NCBI GenBank assembly: GCA_944387475.1
Contig: CALXFB010000006.1
Coordinates: 7,357 to 71,356 of the forward strand
DNA from: an uncultured Clostridia bacterium
Lineage (GTDB): Bacteria; Bacillota; Clostridia; TANB77; CAG-508
DNA: 64,000 nt
Direction of reading: 5' to 3'
Positions 45,737-53,175 of this stretch are shown here, one piece after another. Numbering within the stretch: position 1 is the first letter of the stretch; each line of letters starts with the position of its first letter. The translations under genes and the position numbers were made by a program. The notes under the pieces are model-generated. The model searched no databases. It saw nothing but the letters and a program-made list of their open reading frames with translations, and was not told the DNA's origin.

Positions 45737-46131
45737 TCTCCTTCTATTATTTTTTTTGCATTTTCTATAAAAGATGCAAGTTGTTTTTTATCTCCGTTTA
45801 AAAGTAGTTCTTTTTTATTGTTATCTAATGCTTTATAAAGAAAATATTGATTTTCTTTATAGCCAATAAATTCAACTATATAATCGTTTTTATTAACTAT
45901 ATTTTCTTCTTCGTCTCCGTTTTTTAGCCAATCACCAATAAAAGCATAACCATTATTTTTGTTGCTATCTATATCTAACAATCTTTTTGCCCATCTATTG
46001 TAGCCACTGTTACCTCTTCTAAATTCTGTTTTATAAACTATTTTTTCTTTATTTCTATTACTCAACTCCTCTTTTATTTTATTAAATAAATCATTTAATT
46101 CTTCTGTTTCCATTTCTTTTAAATTTAACAT
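45733..46131 (-). CDS. hypothetical cargo protein B (132 aa)
   Basis: Middle gene of the triplet. No recognisable motif. Confidence 0.6.
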   Translation of the reverse strand: MLNLKEMETEELNDLFNKIKEELSNRNKEKIVYKTEFRRGNSGYNRWAKRLLDIDSNKNNGYAFIGDWLKNGDEEENIVNKNDYIVEFIGYKENQYFLYKALDNNKKELLLNGDKKQLASFIENAKKIIEGE

Positions 46132-46136
46132 ATTTA

Positions 46137-46532
46137 TTATTCCTCCTCGTATTTAAAACAATTTGTATTTTTATTAAACATTTTATTAACTACAAAAATT
46201 GTAGGAGTAAAAGATGCATTATAAACAGGATGTTCTGGACCAGCTTTAAATAAAGAATATTTACTATTTTCTCTTGCATAACCGTACAAATTGTTAAATT
46301 TTTCTAATATCTTATTGTCTACATTACTTCCGGCGTAGTTTATATAATTATTTTTTAATGTATCTAAAGCTCTTTCTAATGTATAATATCCGCCAATTAC
46401 ATTTCCGCAGTATAATCTATCTACTTCCCACATATAAGTAAATTTTTTTCCACTCTTTTCAGCCACCTTAATTGTTTCTTCTAATAATACCATAAAAGTT
46501 TTTTCAAATTTATTAAATTCATATGTTTTCAT
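46137..46532 (-). CDS. hypothetical cargo protein C (131 aa)
   Basis: First gene of the triplet, GAAAGGA RBS, about 33 nt downstream of the consensus promoter. Confidence 0.6.
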   Translation of the reverse strand: MKTYEFNKFEKTFMVLLEETIKVAEKSGKKFTYMWEVDRLYCGNVIGGYYTLERALDTLKNNYINYAGSNVDNKILEKFNNLYGYARENSKYSLFKAGPEHPVYNASFTPTIFVVNKMFNKNTNCFKYEEE

Positions 46533-46564
46533 TTTTAATCATTCCTTTCTCTTAACTTAAATAT

Positions 46565-46593
46565 ATTATAACATGTGCGGACGCAAATGTCAA
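46565..46593 (-). promoter_or_regulatory. perfect consensus promoter TTGACA-17-TATAAT (minus strand), copy 1
   Basis: The minus strand reads TTGACATTTGCGTCCGCACATGTTATAAT. The 30-bp block 46564-46593 is identical to 47014-47043. Confidence 0.7.
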
Positions 46594-46601
46594 TACTTTT
46601 T

Positions 46602-46778
46602 TTAAATTTTTTTAAAGTTTATTATAAGTGTATTTTCACCGTTGTTTTTAGCATCTTTAATTTCTTTTAAATTACCGTCTTTATCTACTAAGTTTAAGTC
46701 TTTCATTTCTTTACTTCCAAAAGCAATTGTGCAACCAGAAATATAGCCTCCACCATTTTTTTTAAAATTCATTTTCAT
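46602..46778 (-). CDS. small protein (58 aa), possibly AbrB/MazE-like fold
   Basis: Start at 'MKMNFKK' after AGAGG. 'CTIAFGSKEMKDLNLVDKDGNLKEI...NTLIIN' loosely resembles swapped-hairpin DNA binders. Own TTGCAT-17-TATAAT promoter upstream. Confidence 0.4.
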   Translation of the reverse strand: MKMNFKKNGGGYISGCTIAFGSKEMKDLNLVDKDGNLKEIKDAKNNGENTLIINFKKI

Positions 46779-46863
46779 TTTCAACACCTCTCTTGATTTT
46801 TTACATTATATATTATATAATTTATATATGCAAGAGAGGAATTATCCTCTCTGCATAACAACT

Positions 46864-46989
46864 TTAGAACATATTGTGTATATCCATTATGTCTTTCCAA
46901 AGTTGTTTACGATGTGCTTGTAGCTTTCTGTTTTTGCGGATAGAAGCTACAAGCATTTTTAATGTGTTTTTCTTTTGTTTCTTTTTCAT
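46864..46989 (-). CDS. small basic protein (41 aa)
   Basis: MKKKQKKNTLKMLVASIRKNRKLQAHRKQLWKDIMDIHNMF. AGGAGG RBS. Lies just downstream of promoter copy 2. The longer track ORF would contain the promoter. Confidence 0.5.
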   Translation of the reverse strand: MKKKQKKNTLKMLVASIRKNRKLQAHRKQLWKDIMDIHNMF

Positions 46990-47014
46990 ATTTATTTCCT
47001 CCTTTCTGATTATT

Positions 47015-47043
47015 ATTATAACATGTGCGGACGCAAATGTCAA
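47015..47043 (-). promoter_or_regulatory. perfect consensus promoter TTGACA-17-TATAAT (minus strand), copy 2
   Basis: Same 29-mer as 46565-46593, including the spacer TTTGCGTCCGCACATGT. Confidence 0.7.
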
Positions 47044-47225
47044 GTATTTTTCAAAAAAAGTTTTAAAAATTTTAAAAATCTTCAAAATGCCTAAAAATAA
47101 AGTAATATAAATATATTACTTGAAAAATAAAAAACCTTAAAAGCGATTGTGAAACGACAAATTTCGACAAACTTTTTACAAAGAATATGTTAAAATAAAT
47201 AAAAAAGAAAAAGGAGATGGTGCAT

Positions 47226-47393
47226 ATGGATTATAAGGAAGCGTATAAAAAATCTCTACAAATGATAAAAGAAAAGAATATTAAAGACGAGAAAGAATAC
47301 ATAGAGCTTGTAAAAACAGAAGGATTACTTAGTATTCCAACAATGGAATATATAAGTGGTAAGAAGATTAAAAAGTTGTTAAAAGAAGGCTAA
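47226..47393 (+). CDS. small hypothetical protein (55 aa)
   Basis: AAAGGAG RBS at 47210-47216. Followed by the hairpin AGAAGGC-TAAGT-GCCTTCT at 47384-47402. Confidence 0.45.
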   Translation: MDYKEAYKKSLQMIKEKNIKDEKEYIELVKTEGLLSIPTMEYISGKKIKKLLKEG

Positions 47394-47408
47394 GTGCCTT
47401 CTTAAAAT

Positions 47409-47437
47409 TTGACAGATTATATATAAAATGTTACAAT
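47409..47437 (+). promoter_or_regulatory. near-consensus promoter TTGACA-17-TACAAT reading across the right att region
   Basis: TTGACA 47409-47414, TACAAT 47432-47437. Confidence 0.45.
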
Positions 47438-47468
47438 AAAGTTGTAAAAAACATAAAAAAAGAGTGTA

Positions 47469-47497
47469 AAAAAGTAATGCAATAAGTAATGCAGTAG
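47469..47497 (+). repeat. right copy of the AGTAATGCA-containing direct repeat
   Basis: AAAAGTAATGCAATAAGTAATGCAGTAG. Matches 9667-9693 except for one inserted A. Confidence 0.8.
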
Positions 47498-47609
47498 CAG
47501 AATTTTTTTGCATATACAGAAAATGTTACAAAGTGCAAAATTATTAATATAGTAGGGATAGAATAATATGGTATATATATAATGATTATTGAAATACTTT
47601 TATCATTGG

Positions 47610-47623
47610 TCACCTACGCCAAA
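47610..47623 (+). repeat. displaced partial copy of the tRNA-Ser(GCU) 3' end, TCACCTACGCCAAA
   Basis: Identical to 9599-9612. No upstream tRNA body is present. Confidence 0.8.
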
Positions 47624-47778
47624 GAAAAAACTTTGCAAATAGCGAAAAAAATTTGTAAAGTTTTTAATTTTATTACAAAAACATTATATTTATATTAAAT
47701 TTCTATTACAATTTGAAAAAATCGACAAAATATTGTATAATTAAATGGATAGAGATAAGATATATTTTAGGAGTGAAT

Positions 47779-48159
47779 ATGAAAAGGAAGATTATAGGAA
47801 TAATATTAATTTGTGTGACTTTAATAATTGCAATAGTAAATGTAAATTATGCGGCAGATACAGATAATGTCCTTATTGATCCTGATCAATATAAACCTAA
47901 CAGCCAGACAATTGTTACTGGGGCGGATAGCTTATTTGATGTTGGAAACATGATAATAGGAGTAGTAAGGATCGTTGGAAGCGTGTTATCTGTTATTGTT
48001 TTAGCAGTAATAGGTATAAAATACATGTTAGGAAGTGTGGAAGAAAGAGCAGATTATAAAACTTCAATGGGGCCATATATTTGGGGAGCAGTTTTAGTAT
48101 TTGGAATAACTAATATACTTGCAATTATAATGGATGTTATTAGCTCTTTTAATAAGTAA
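47779..48159 (+). CDS. VirB2/TrbC-like pilin-type small membrane protein, paralogue 1
   Basis: Signal peptide 'MKRKIIGIILICVTLIIAIVNVNYA', then two TM helices flanking 'IKYMLGSVEERADYKTS'. The track ORF from 47713 is an upstream extension. Confidence 0.55.
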   Translation: MKRKIIGIILICVTLIIAIVNVNYAADTDNVLIDPDQYKPNSQTIVTGADSLFDVGNMIIGVVRIVGSVLSVIVLAVIGIKYMLGSVEERADYKTSMGPYIWGAVLVFGITNILAIIMDVISSFNK

Positions 48160-48181
48160 TTCTTAAAGGAGATGATAGTAT

Positions 48182-48596
48182 ATGAGAAGAAAAATTTTTA
48201 GCATAATATTAACTTGTATATTTTTAATATTTGCAATGACAAATATTAATTATGCAATGGTTGACTCTGGACGGAGGAACTGGAAGTTCAGATCCAACAA
48301 GTGTTGATGATATTTTTGAAGATGCAAATAATTTTATTAATAGTGGTAGTAATTCAACAATAAATACAGACGTTTTACAAGATACAACAGATTTTTTATA
48401 CAACTTATTTTTAGGAGTAGGAATGATTGTAGCTGTTTTGGTTGGAATAGGATTGGGTATACACTATATGGTGTCCAGTGTAGATCAGAAGGCGGATGTA
48501 AAAAAATCACTTTTTTGGTATGCAATAAGTTGTGGAGTGCTATTTGCAGCTTTCACAATATGGAAGATAGCAATACTTGTATTTTCAAATATTTAA
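48182..48596 (+). CDS. VirB2/TrbC-like pilin-type protein, paralogue 2, frame broken at CGG 48272-48274
   Basis: ATG 48182 gives the signal peptide 'MRRKIFSIILTCIFLIFAMTNINYA' + 'MVDSG', then in-frame CGG and a stop 11 codons later. The +1 frame from GGA 48273 gives 'GGTGSSDPTSVDD...' and the two-TM pilin body. Confidence 0.65.
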
Positions 48597-48612
48597 ATAA
48601 GAAGGTGATTGT

Positions 48613-48978
48613 ATGTTAAATAATAAAATGAAGACTTTTATAACATTTATAATGTTAATATTTCTAATAATAAATGTTATATTTATTAATACAACTTATT
48701 GTAGTACTATCAATGATTTAACAGGAGATAATGTACCAACAGAAGTTCAAAATAAAATAGAACAAGTTGGAAATGGTGTAATTACACTAATAACAACAGC
48801 AGGGTCAATTATTTCTGTAATTATACTTATAGTTATTGGTATAAAATATATGATGGGTAGTGTAGAAGAAAAAGCTGAATATAAAAAGACTTTATTACCA
48901 TTTGTTATAGGAGCAATTATACTATTTGCATGTTCAAGTTTAGCTGGAATTATATATAATATTGCAATAAATTTATAA
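48613..48978 (+). CDS. VirB2/TrbC-like pilin-type protein, paralogue 3
   Basis: Signal peptide, then 'IKYMMGSVEEKAEYKKTLLPFVIGAIILFA'. Confidence 0.55.
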   Translation: MLNNKMKTFITFIMLIFLIINVIFINTTYCSTINDLTGDNVPTEVQNKIEQVGNGVITLITTAGSIISVIILIVIGIKYMMGSVEEKAEYKKTLLPFVIGAIILFACSSLAGIIYNIAINL

Positions 48979-49071
48979 ATATAGTATAATTAATATGAAT
49001 AATGTTATTAACATTCTTTGTTTTACCAAAGAGATTAATATAAAATTTAAAGAAAGGAAAAGGTGATTATT

Positions 49072-49425
49072 ATGAAAAAAATATCTAAAGCAGTTTCTAT
49101 ATTGCTAGTAGCATTTATGTTAATATCAATTGTTACACCTGTACTTGCGGTTGGACCAGATCCAACAAACTATCAAGGTGACAATAGTGTTACTACAGAT
49201 AAAATAGATTCATTAGGTAATCAAATTATCACAATTGTAAGTACAATTGGATCAATTGCTTCAGTTATTGTATTAATTGTATTAGGTATTAAATACATGA
49301 TGGGTAGTGCAGAAGAAAAAGCTGAATACAAAAAGACATTATTGCCTTATGTAATTGGTGCAGTATTAATATTCGCAGCATCAACAATAGCAGGTGTAGT
49401 ATTCAATTTTGCAAGCTCACTTTAA
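49072..49425 (+). CDS. VirB2/TrbC-like pilin-type protein, paralogue 4
   Basis: 'MKKISKAVSILLVAFMLISIVTPVLA' signal peptide, then 'IKYMMGSAEEKAEYKKTLLPYVIGAVLIFA'. Confidence 0.6.
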   Translation: MKKISKAVSILLVAFMLISIVTPVLAVGPDPTNYQGDNSVTTDKIDSLGNQIITIVSTIGSIASVIVLIVLGIKYMMGSAEEKAEYKKTLLPYVIGAVLIFAASTIAGVVFNFASSL

Positions 49426-49459
49426 TTAATATAGATAATATAAAAGTAGAAAAATTAAG

Positions 49460-49499
49460 AAGAACATTAGCAAAAATAGATTTGTTAATGTTCTTTTTT
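49460..49499 (+). terminator. rho-independent terminator after the pilin paralogues
   Basis: AAGAACATTA / TAATGTTCTT 10-bp stem followed by TTTT. Confidence 0.65.
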
Positions 49500-49665
49500 G
49501 CTGTGAAAATAATATTAGCCATAATATAAAAATTATTATAAGTACAAATATATTACAATTATATTACAAATTTGTTAAAAATATAAAAAAAACTTTCAAA
49601 ATGTCGATTTTATTAAAAAAATCTGTTATAATATATATGATATTATGCCAATAGGAGGGATAGAT

Positions 49666-50016
49666 ATGCAAATATATGAAATACCAAGAAATTATAAAGG
49701 AGAAAGTAGAATATTATACGTATTTTCTACAAAAGCATTAGCTTATACTGGAATAGGAGCACTAATAGGCGGAATATTTTATTTGCTTTTTAGTGTATTA
49801 GGATTAAGTATGATAGGAATGATATTTGTCGTTGCCTTTGGTATAATTGGATTTGTTATAGGAACTTTTAAAATGCCAGATAGCAAAAGATTTAAATTAA
49901 CAGAAAAAACTGGAGGAGAAGCAATTGACGATGTTATAAAAAGATGGATAAAATTTAAAAAAGGAAAAAATAAAATCTATGTTTATTTAAAGGAGGATAC
50001 AAAAGATGAGCAATGA
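49666..50016 (+). CDS. PrgI-family (VirB3-like) conjugal transfer membrane protein
   Basis: 'IPRNYKGESRILYVFSTKALAYTGIGALIGGIFYLLF' and a second TM. AGGAGGG RBS. Directly upstream of the VirB4 region. Confidence 0.6.
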   Translation: MQIYEIPRNYKGESRILYVFSTKALAYTGIGALIGGIFYLLFSVLGLSMIGMIFVVAFGIIGFVIGTFKMPDSKRFKLTEKTGGEAIDDVIKRWIKFKKGKNKIYVYLKEDTKDEQ

Positions 50017-51205
50017 TCAAATAAGTAGTTTACTTAGTATAGTATTAATTGTAATGTTAGTAGTATTGTTTTTGTTAGTAATAATATATTTTATAGTTAG
50101 AGCAAAAACTAATCCTAAAAAAGAAAAAAAGACAAAAGATAATTTATCACGAGCAAATACAAAAACAAGTACACAAAAATCAACAGCTATTAGTTATAAT
50201 AAGCAATCCATATATTCTTTTATGGAATTTGATAAAATAGAAGATAATATGATAGTTAGAAAGAACGGAAATAAATTTTTAATGGTTATTGAATGTCAAG
50301 GTGTAAATTACGATTTGATGTCAGGATTAGAAAAAAACAGTGTAGAACAAGGTTTTATACAATTTCTTAATACACTAAGGTATCCAATTCAAATTTATGT
50401 GCAAACAAGAACTGTTAATCTTGAAAGCGGAATTATAAAATATAAAGACAGAATAAATGCAATAAGAGACAGATTACAAAAAAAGCAAATGGAATATGCA
50501 AGAAAAGAAGCCATGGGATATAGTCCAGTAGAATTGAATAAAGCGAAATTAGAAGTAACAAGGGAACAAAACTTATACGAATATGGAGTGGATCTTGTTA
50601 ATAATACAGAAAGAATGAGCTTGAATAAAAATATATTAAGGAAACATTATTATATAATTATTGATTATGTACCTGAAGACATTAATACAAGCGATTATGG
50701 AAAAGATGAGATAACAGGTATGGCATTTTCTGAGTTATATACAAAAGCACAAGCAATTATTAGTGCATTAGCTGTTTGTAATGTAAATGGTAAGATATTG
50801 GATTCTAATGGATTAGCAGAATTATTATATATTGCATATAACAGAGATGATGCTGAAATCTATGATTTAGAAAAAGCACTAAATGCTGGATATGATGAAT
50901 TATATTCAACAGGAGAAGATGTTTTACAAAAGAGAATGAAAGAACTTGATGAAAAAATAGAAAGAGATGCACAACAATTAGCAAATGAGTCATTAAGAGA
51001 AGCAATGGTGGAAACAGAAGAACAAAAGAAAGTAAGAGAAAAAGAAGAGCAAATGGATGAATTAATTAAGCAAATGGCTCAAATAATTATAGATGAAAAT
51101 CAAGAACTTGTAGGCAGTGAAGTAGCAGAAAAGGCAAAGGAAAAGGTAACTAAACAAAAAAGAACAAGAAAAAAAGTTACTAAAACTGAAGAAGAGGAGG
51201 GTTAA
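50006..51205 (+). CDS. membrane-anchored conjugation protein with VirB4-N-terminal-like domain and Lys/Glu-rich tail
   Basis: N-terminal TM. 'IEDNMIVRKNGNKFLMVIECQGVNYDLMS...YPIQIYVQTR' resembles the non-ATPase N-domain of VirB4-type proteins. No Walker motifs. Confidence 0.4.
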   Translation: MSNDQISSLLSIVLIVMLVVLFLLVIIYFIVRAKTNPKKEKKTKDNLSRANTKTSTQKSTAISYNKQSIYSFMEFDKIEDNMIVRKNGNKFLMVIECQGVNYDLMSGLEKNSVEQGFIQFLNTLRYPIQIYVQTRTVNLESGIIKYKDRINAIRDRLQKKQMEYARKEAMGYSPVELNKAKLEVTREQNLYEYGVDLVNNTERMSLNKNILRKHYYIIIDYVPEDINTSDYGKDEITGMAFSELYTKAQAIISALAVCNVNGKILDSNGLAELLYIAYNRDDAEIYDLEKALNAGYDELYSTGEDVLQKRMKELDEKIERDAQQLANESLREAMVETEEQKKVREKEEQMDELIKQMAQIIIDENQELVGSEVAEKAKEKVTKQKRTRKKVTKTEEEEG

Positions 51206-51208
51206 TTG

Positions 51209-53161
51209 ATGAGAAAAAATAAAAAACAACAAGAAGAGCAGAAAAAAATACATGAAGAAACAGTAAGTGAAATATTTAAAAAGTCTACTATTAAAGATTT
51301 AATTGCACCATCGGGTATAGATGTTTCAAATATAGATCACTTAGAAATAATTTCAAATACAAAAAGATATGCAAGAAGTTTCTTTGTTTCAACTCTTCCA
51401 AGAATGTGTACTTTCCCAGAGTTATTTAGAGATATGTACCTTTTTGGAGATATAAATACATCAATTTACATTAGCCCTATAAAGGAAGAAAAATCTCAAA
51501 ATGATTTAAATAGAGTAATAAATGAGTTAGAAACAGAAAGAATTGTTGCAGCAGATAGAGGAAATATAAATAGAGAGAGTACTATTACACAAAAAAGATT
51601 AGAAGCAGAGCAATTAAGAGATGAAATTGCAGCTGGATTTAATAAATTATTTGAGGCAACAGTTGTAGCGACATTATTTACATATAATTTAGAAGATTTA
51701 GAAAGATCAACCAAGATGCTTGCATCAGAAATGTCTAAAACAATGGTTGGAATTAAAAGTGCATGGGGAATACAAGAAGAAGCGTTTCAAACAAATTTAC
51801 CTCTTATGAATAATAAAATAACAAAATCACACACATTTGATAGAAATTCAATGGGAACTGTATTTCCTTTTACAACATCTGAAATAGGACATCCATCAGG
51901 AGTACCATTAGGATTTAATAAACAAACGGGAACACCAATACTTTTTGATAATTTCCATAGCTCGCTTACTAACTACAATATGGTTATATTTGCTAAATCT
52001 GGTGCTGGTAAGTCAGTAACTATGAAAACATTAGTATCAAGATCTTCAGTATTGTCTGGTATTGAAAGTTTAGCATTAGATGCTGAAGGAGAGTATACAA
52101 TTGTTGCTGAAAGTTTAGGTGGAATAAATGTAGTACTTAGTCCAACATCTAAAACTATTATTAATATATTTGATGTAGAGACAGAAACTATTAAAGATGA
52201 AATAACAGGTAAAGATAGAGTAGTTTTAAATGTAGAAAATAAGGTAGAAGATGTTACACAAGGTCTTCTTACAATGGCGAAAGGTAGTACAAGAAGTACA
52301 GAAGTAAATGAACTTACAAAACAAATTATTGCTGAAACTGTTGCGGAGGAATATGCAGCATTAGGAATAACAAGCAATCCTAATAGTTTATATGAACAAG
52401 ACACATCAGCAATTTCAAGAGGACAAATACTTTCTAAGAAAAAGAAAAAAATGCCTACAATAGGTAGTTGGTATAGGAGATTAGCTGCAAAAGCTCAAGA
52501 AAATAAAAATCCAGATTATCAATTTCATTATAGTTATTTATTAAAGGTTATGAAACAATACATAAGAGAATATGATGGGCAAATGGCTTATTTTGATGGA
52601 CAATCTACATTTGATCTTTTAGATGGAGCACCTTTTATAAATTTAGATATATCTCAATTGGAAGAAAGATTTGCAAGACCTTTGGCTCAACAAATTTTAC
52701 TTTCATGGATTTGGGAGAAATTCGTTAAGAAAAATAGTGAGGATAGGAAAAAAGCATCTAAGAAAAGAGTTTTAGTAGATGAGGCTTGGATGTTGTTACC
52801 ATATCCAGAAGCTGTTGATTTCTTAAACAAGATGGCAAGACGTGCAAGAAAAAGGAATGTTTCATTGGCTATTATTTCACAAAGGTTCCAAGACTTTTAT
52901 GAAAAGCCTGAAGCACAAGCGGTTCTTACGTCTTCAGACACAAAATTATTTTTAGCACAAGATAAATCTGAAATACAATACTTAAAAGAAGTATTTAAAC
53001 TTTCAGAAGGAGAAGCTAATTTCTTAGTAACTTGTCAAAGAGGTGAAGGATTATTTAAAGTAGGAGCAGACACAGCTATATTAAAAATTACACCAACGAG
53101 AAAAGAATTTGAGTTTGTTGAAACTAACTTAAATGAATTAGCTAAAAAGAAAAGAAACTAA
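51209..53161 (+). CDS. virB4: VirB4-family conjugal transfer ATPase
   Basis: Walker A 'IFAKSGAGKSVTMK', Walker B 'RVLVDEAWMLL', and an N-terminal 'YARSFFVSTLPRMCTFPELF' domain as in Tn916 Orf16/TcpF-type proteins. Confidence 0.85.
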   Translation: MRKNKKQQEEQKKIHEETVSEIFKKSTIKDLIAPSGIDVSNIDHLEIISNTKRYARSFFVSTLPRMCTFPELFRDMYLFGDINTSIYISPIKEEKSQNDLNRVINELETERIVAADRGNINRESTITQKRLEAEQLRDEIAAGFNKLFEATVVATLFTYNLEDLERSTKMLASEMSKTMVGIKSAWGIQEEAFQTNLPLMNNKITKSHTFDRNSMGTVFPFTTSEIGHPSGVPLGFNKQTGTPILFDNFHSSLTNYNMVIFAKSGAGKSVTMKTLVSRSSVLSGIESLALDAEGEYTIVAESLGGINVVLSPTSKTIINIFDVETETIKDEITGKDRVVLNVENKVEDVTQGLLTMAKGSTRSTEVNELTKQIIAETVAEEYAALGITSNPNSLYEQDTSAISRGQILSKKKKKMPTIGSWYRRLAAKAQENKNPDYQFHYSYLLKVMKQYIREYDGQMAYFDGQSTFDLLDGAPFINLDISQLEERFARPLAQQILLSWIWEKFVKKNSEDRKKASKKRVLVDEAWMLLPYPEAVDFLNKMARRARKRNVSLAIISQRFQDFYEKPEAQAVLTSSDTKLFLAQDKSEIQYLKEVFKLSEGEANFLVTCQRGEGLFKVGADTAILKITPTRKEFEFVETNLNELAKKKRN

Positions 53162-53175
53162 ATTGGAGGATAACA

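Larger units (their letters stand above)
9613..47609. mobile_element. integrated siphovirus-type prophage plus right-arm cargo, inserted at tRNA-Ser(GCU)
   Basis: Integrase next to the tRNA, a complete ordered phage module set ending in holin and lysin, and nested direct repeats at both ends (14 bp and 27 bp). Confidence 0.8.

Noticed and set aside
46864-47085. 73-aa version of the minus-strand ORF in the track
   Set aside because: Its N-terminal 32 codons overlap the perfect TTGACA-17-TATAAT promoter. An internal ATG at 46989 has an AGGAGG RBS, so the 41-aa product is more plausible.
50006-53161. The 399-aa and 650-aa ORFs as one frameshifted VirB4
   Set aside because: The second ORF already contains a complete VirB4-type N-domain plus ATPase and has its own GAGGAGG RBS. 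There is no CGG or slippery site at the junction. They are treated as two genes.
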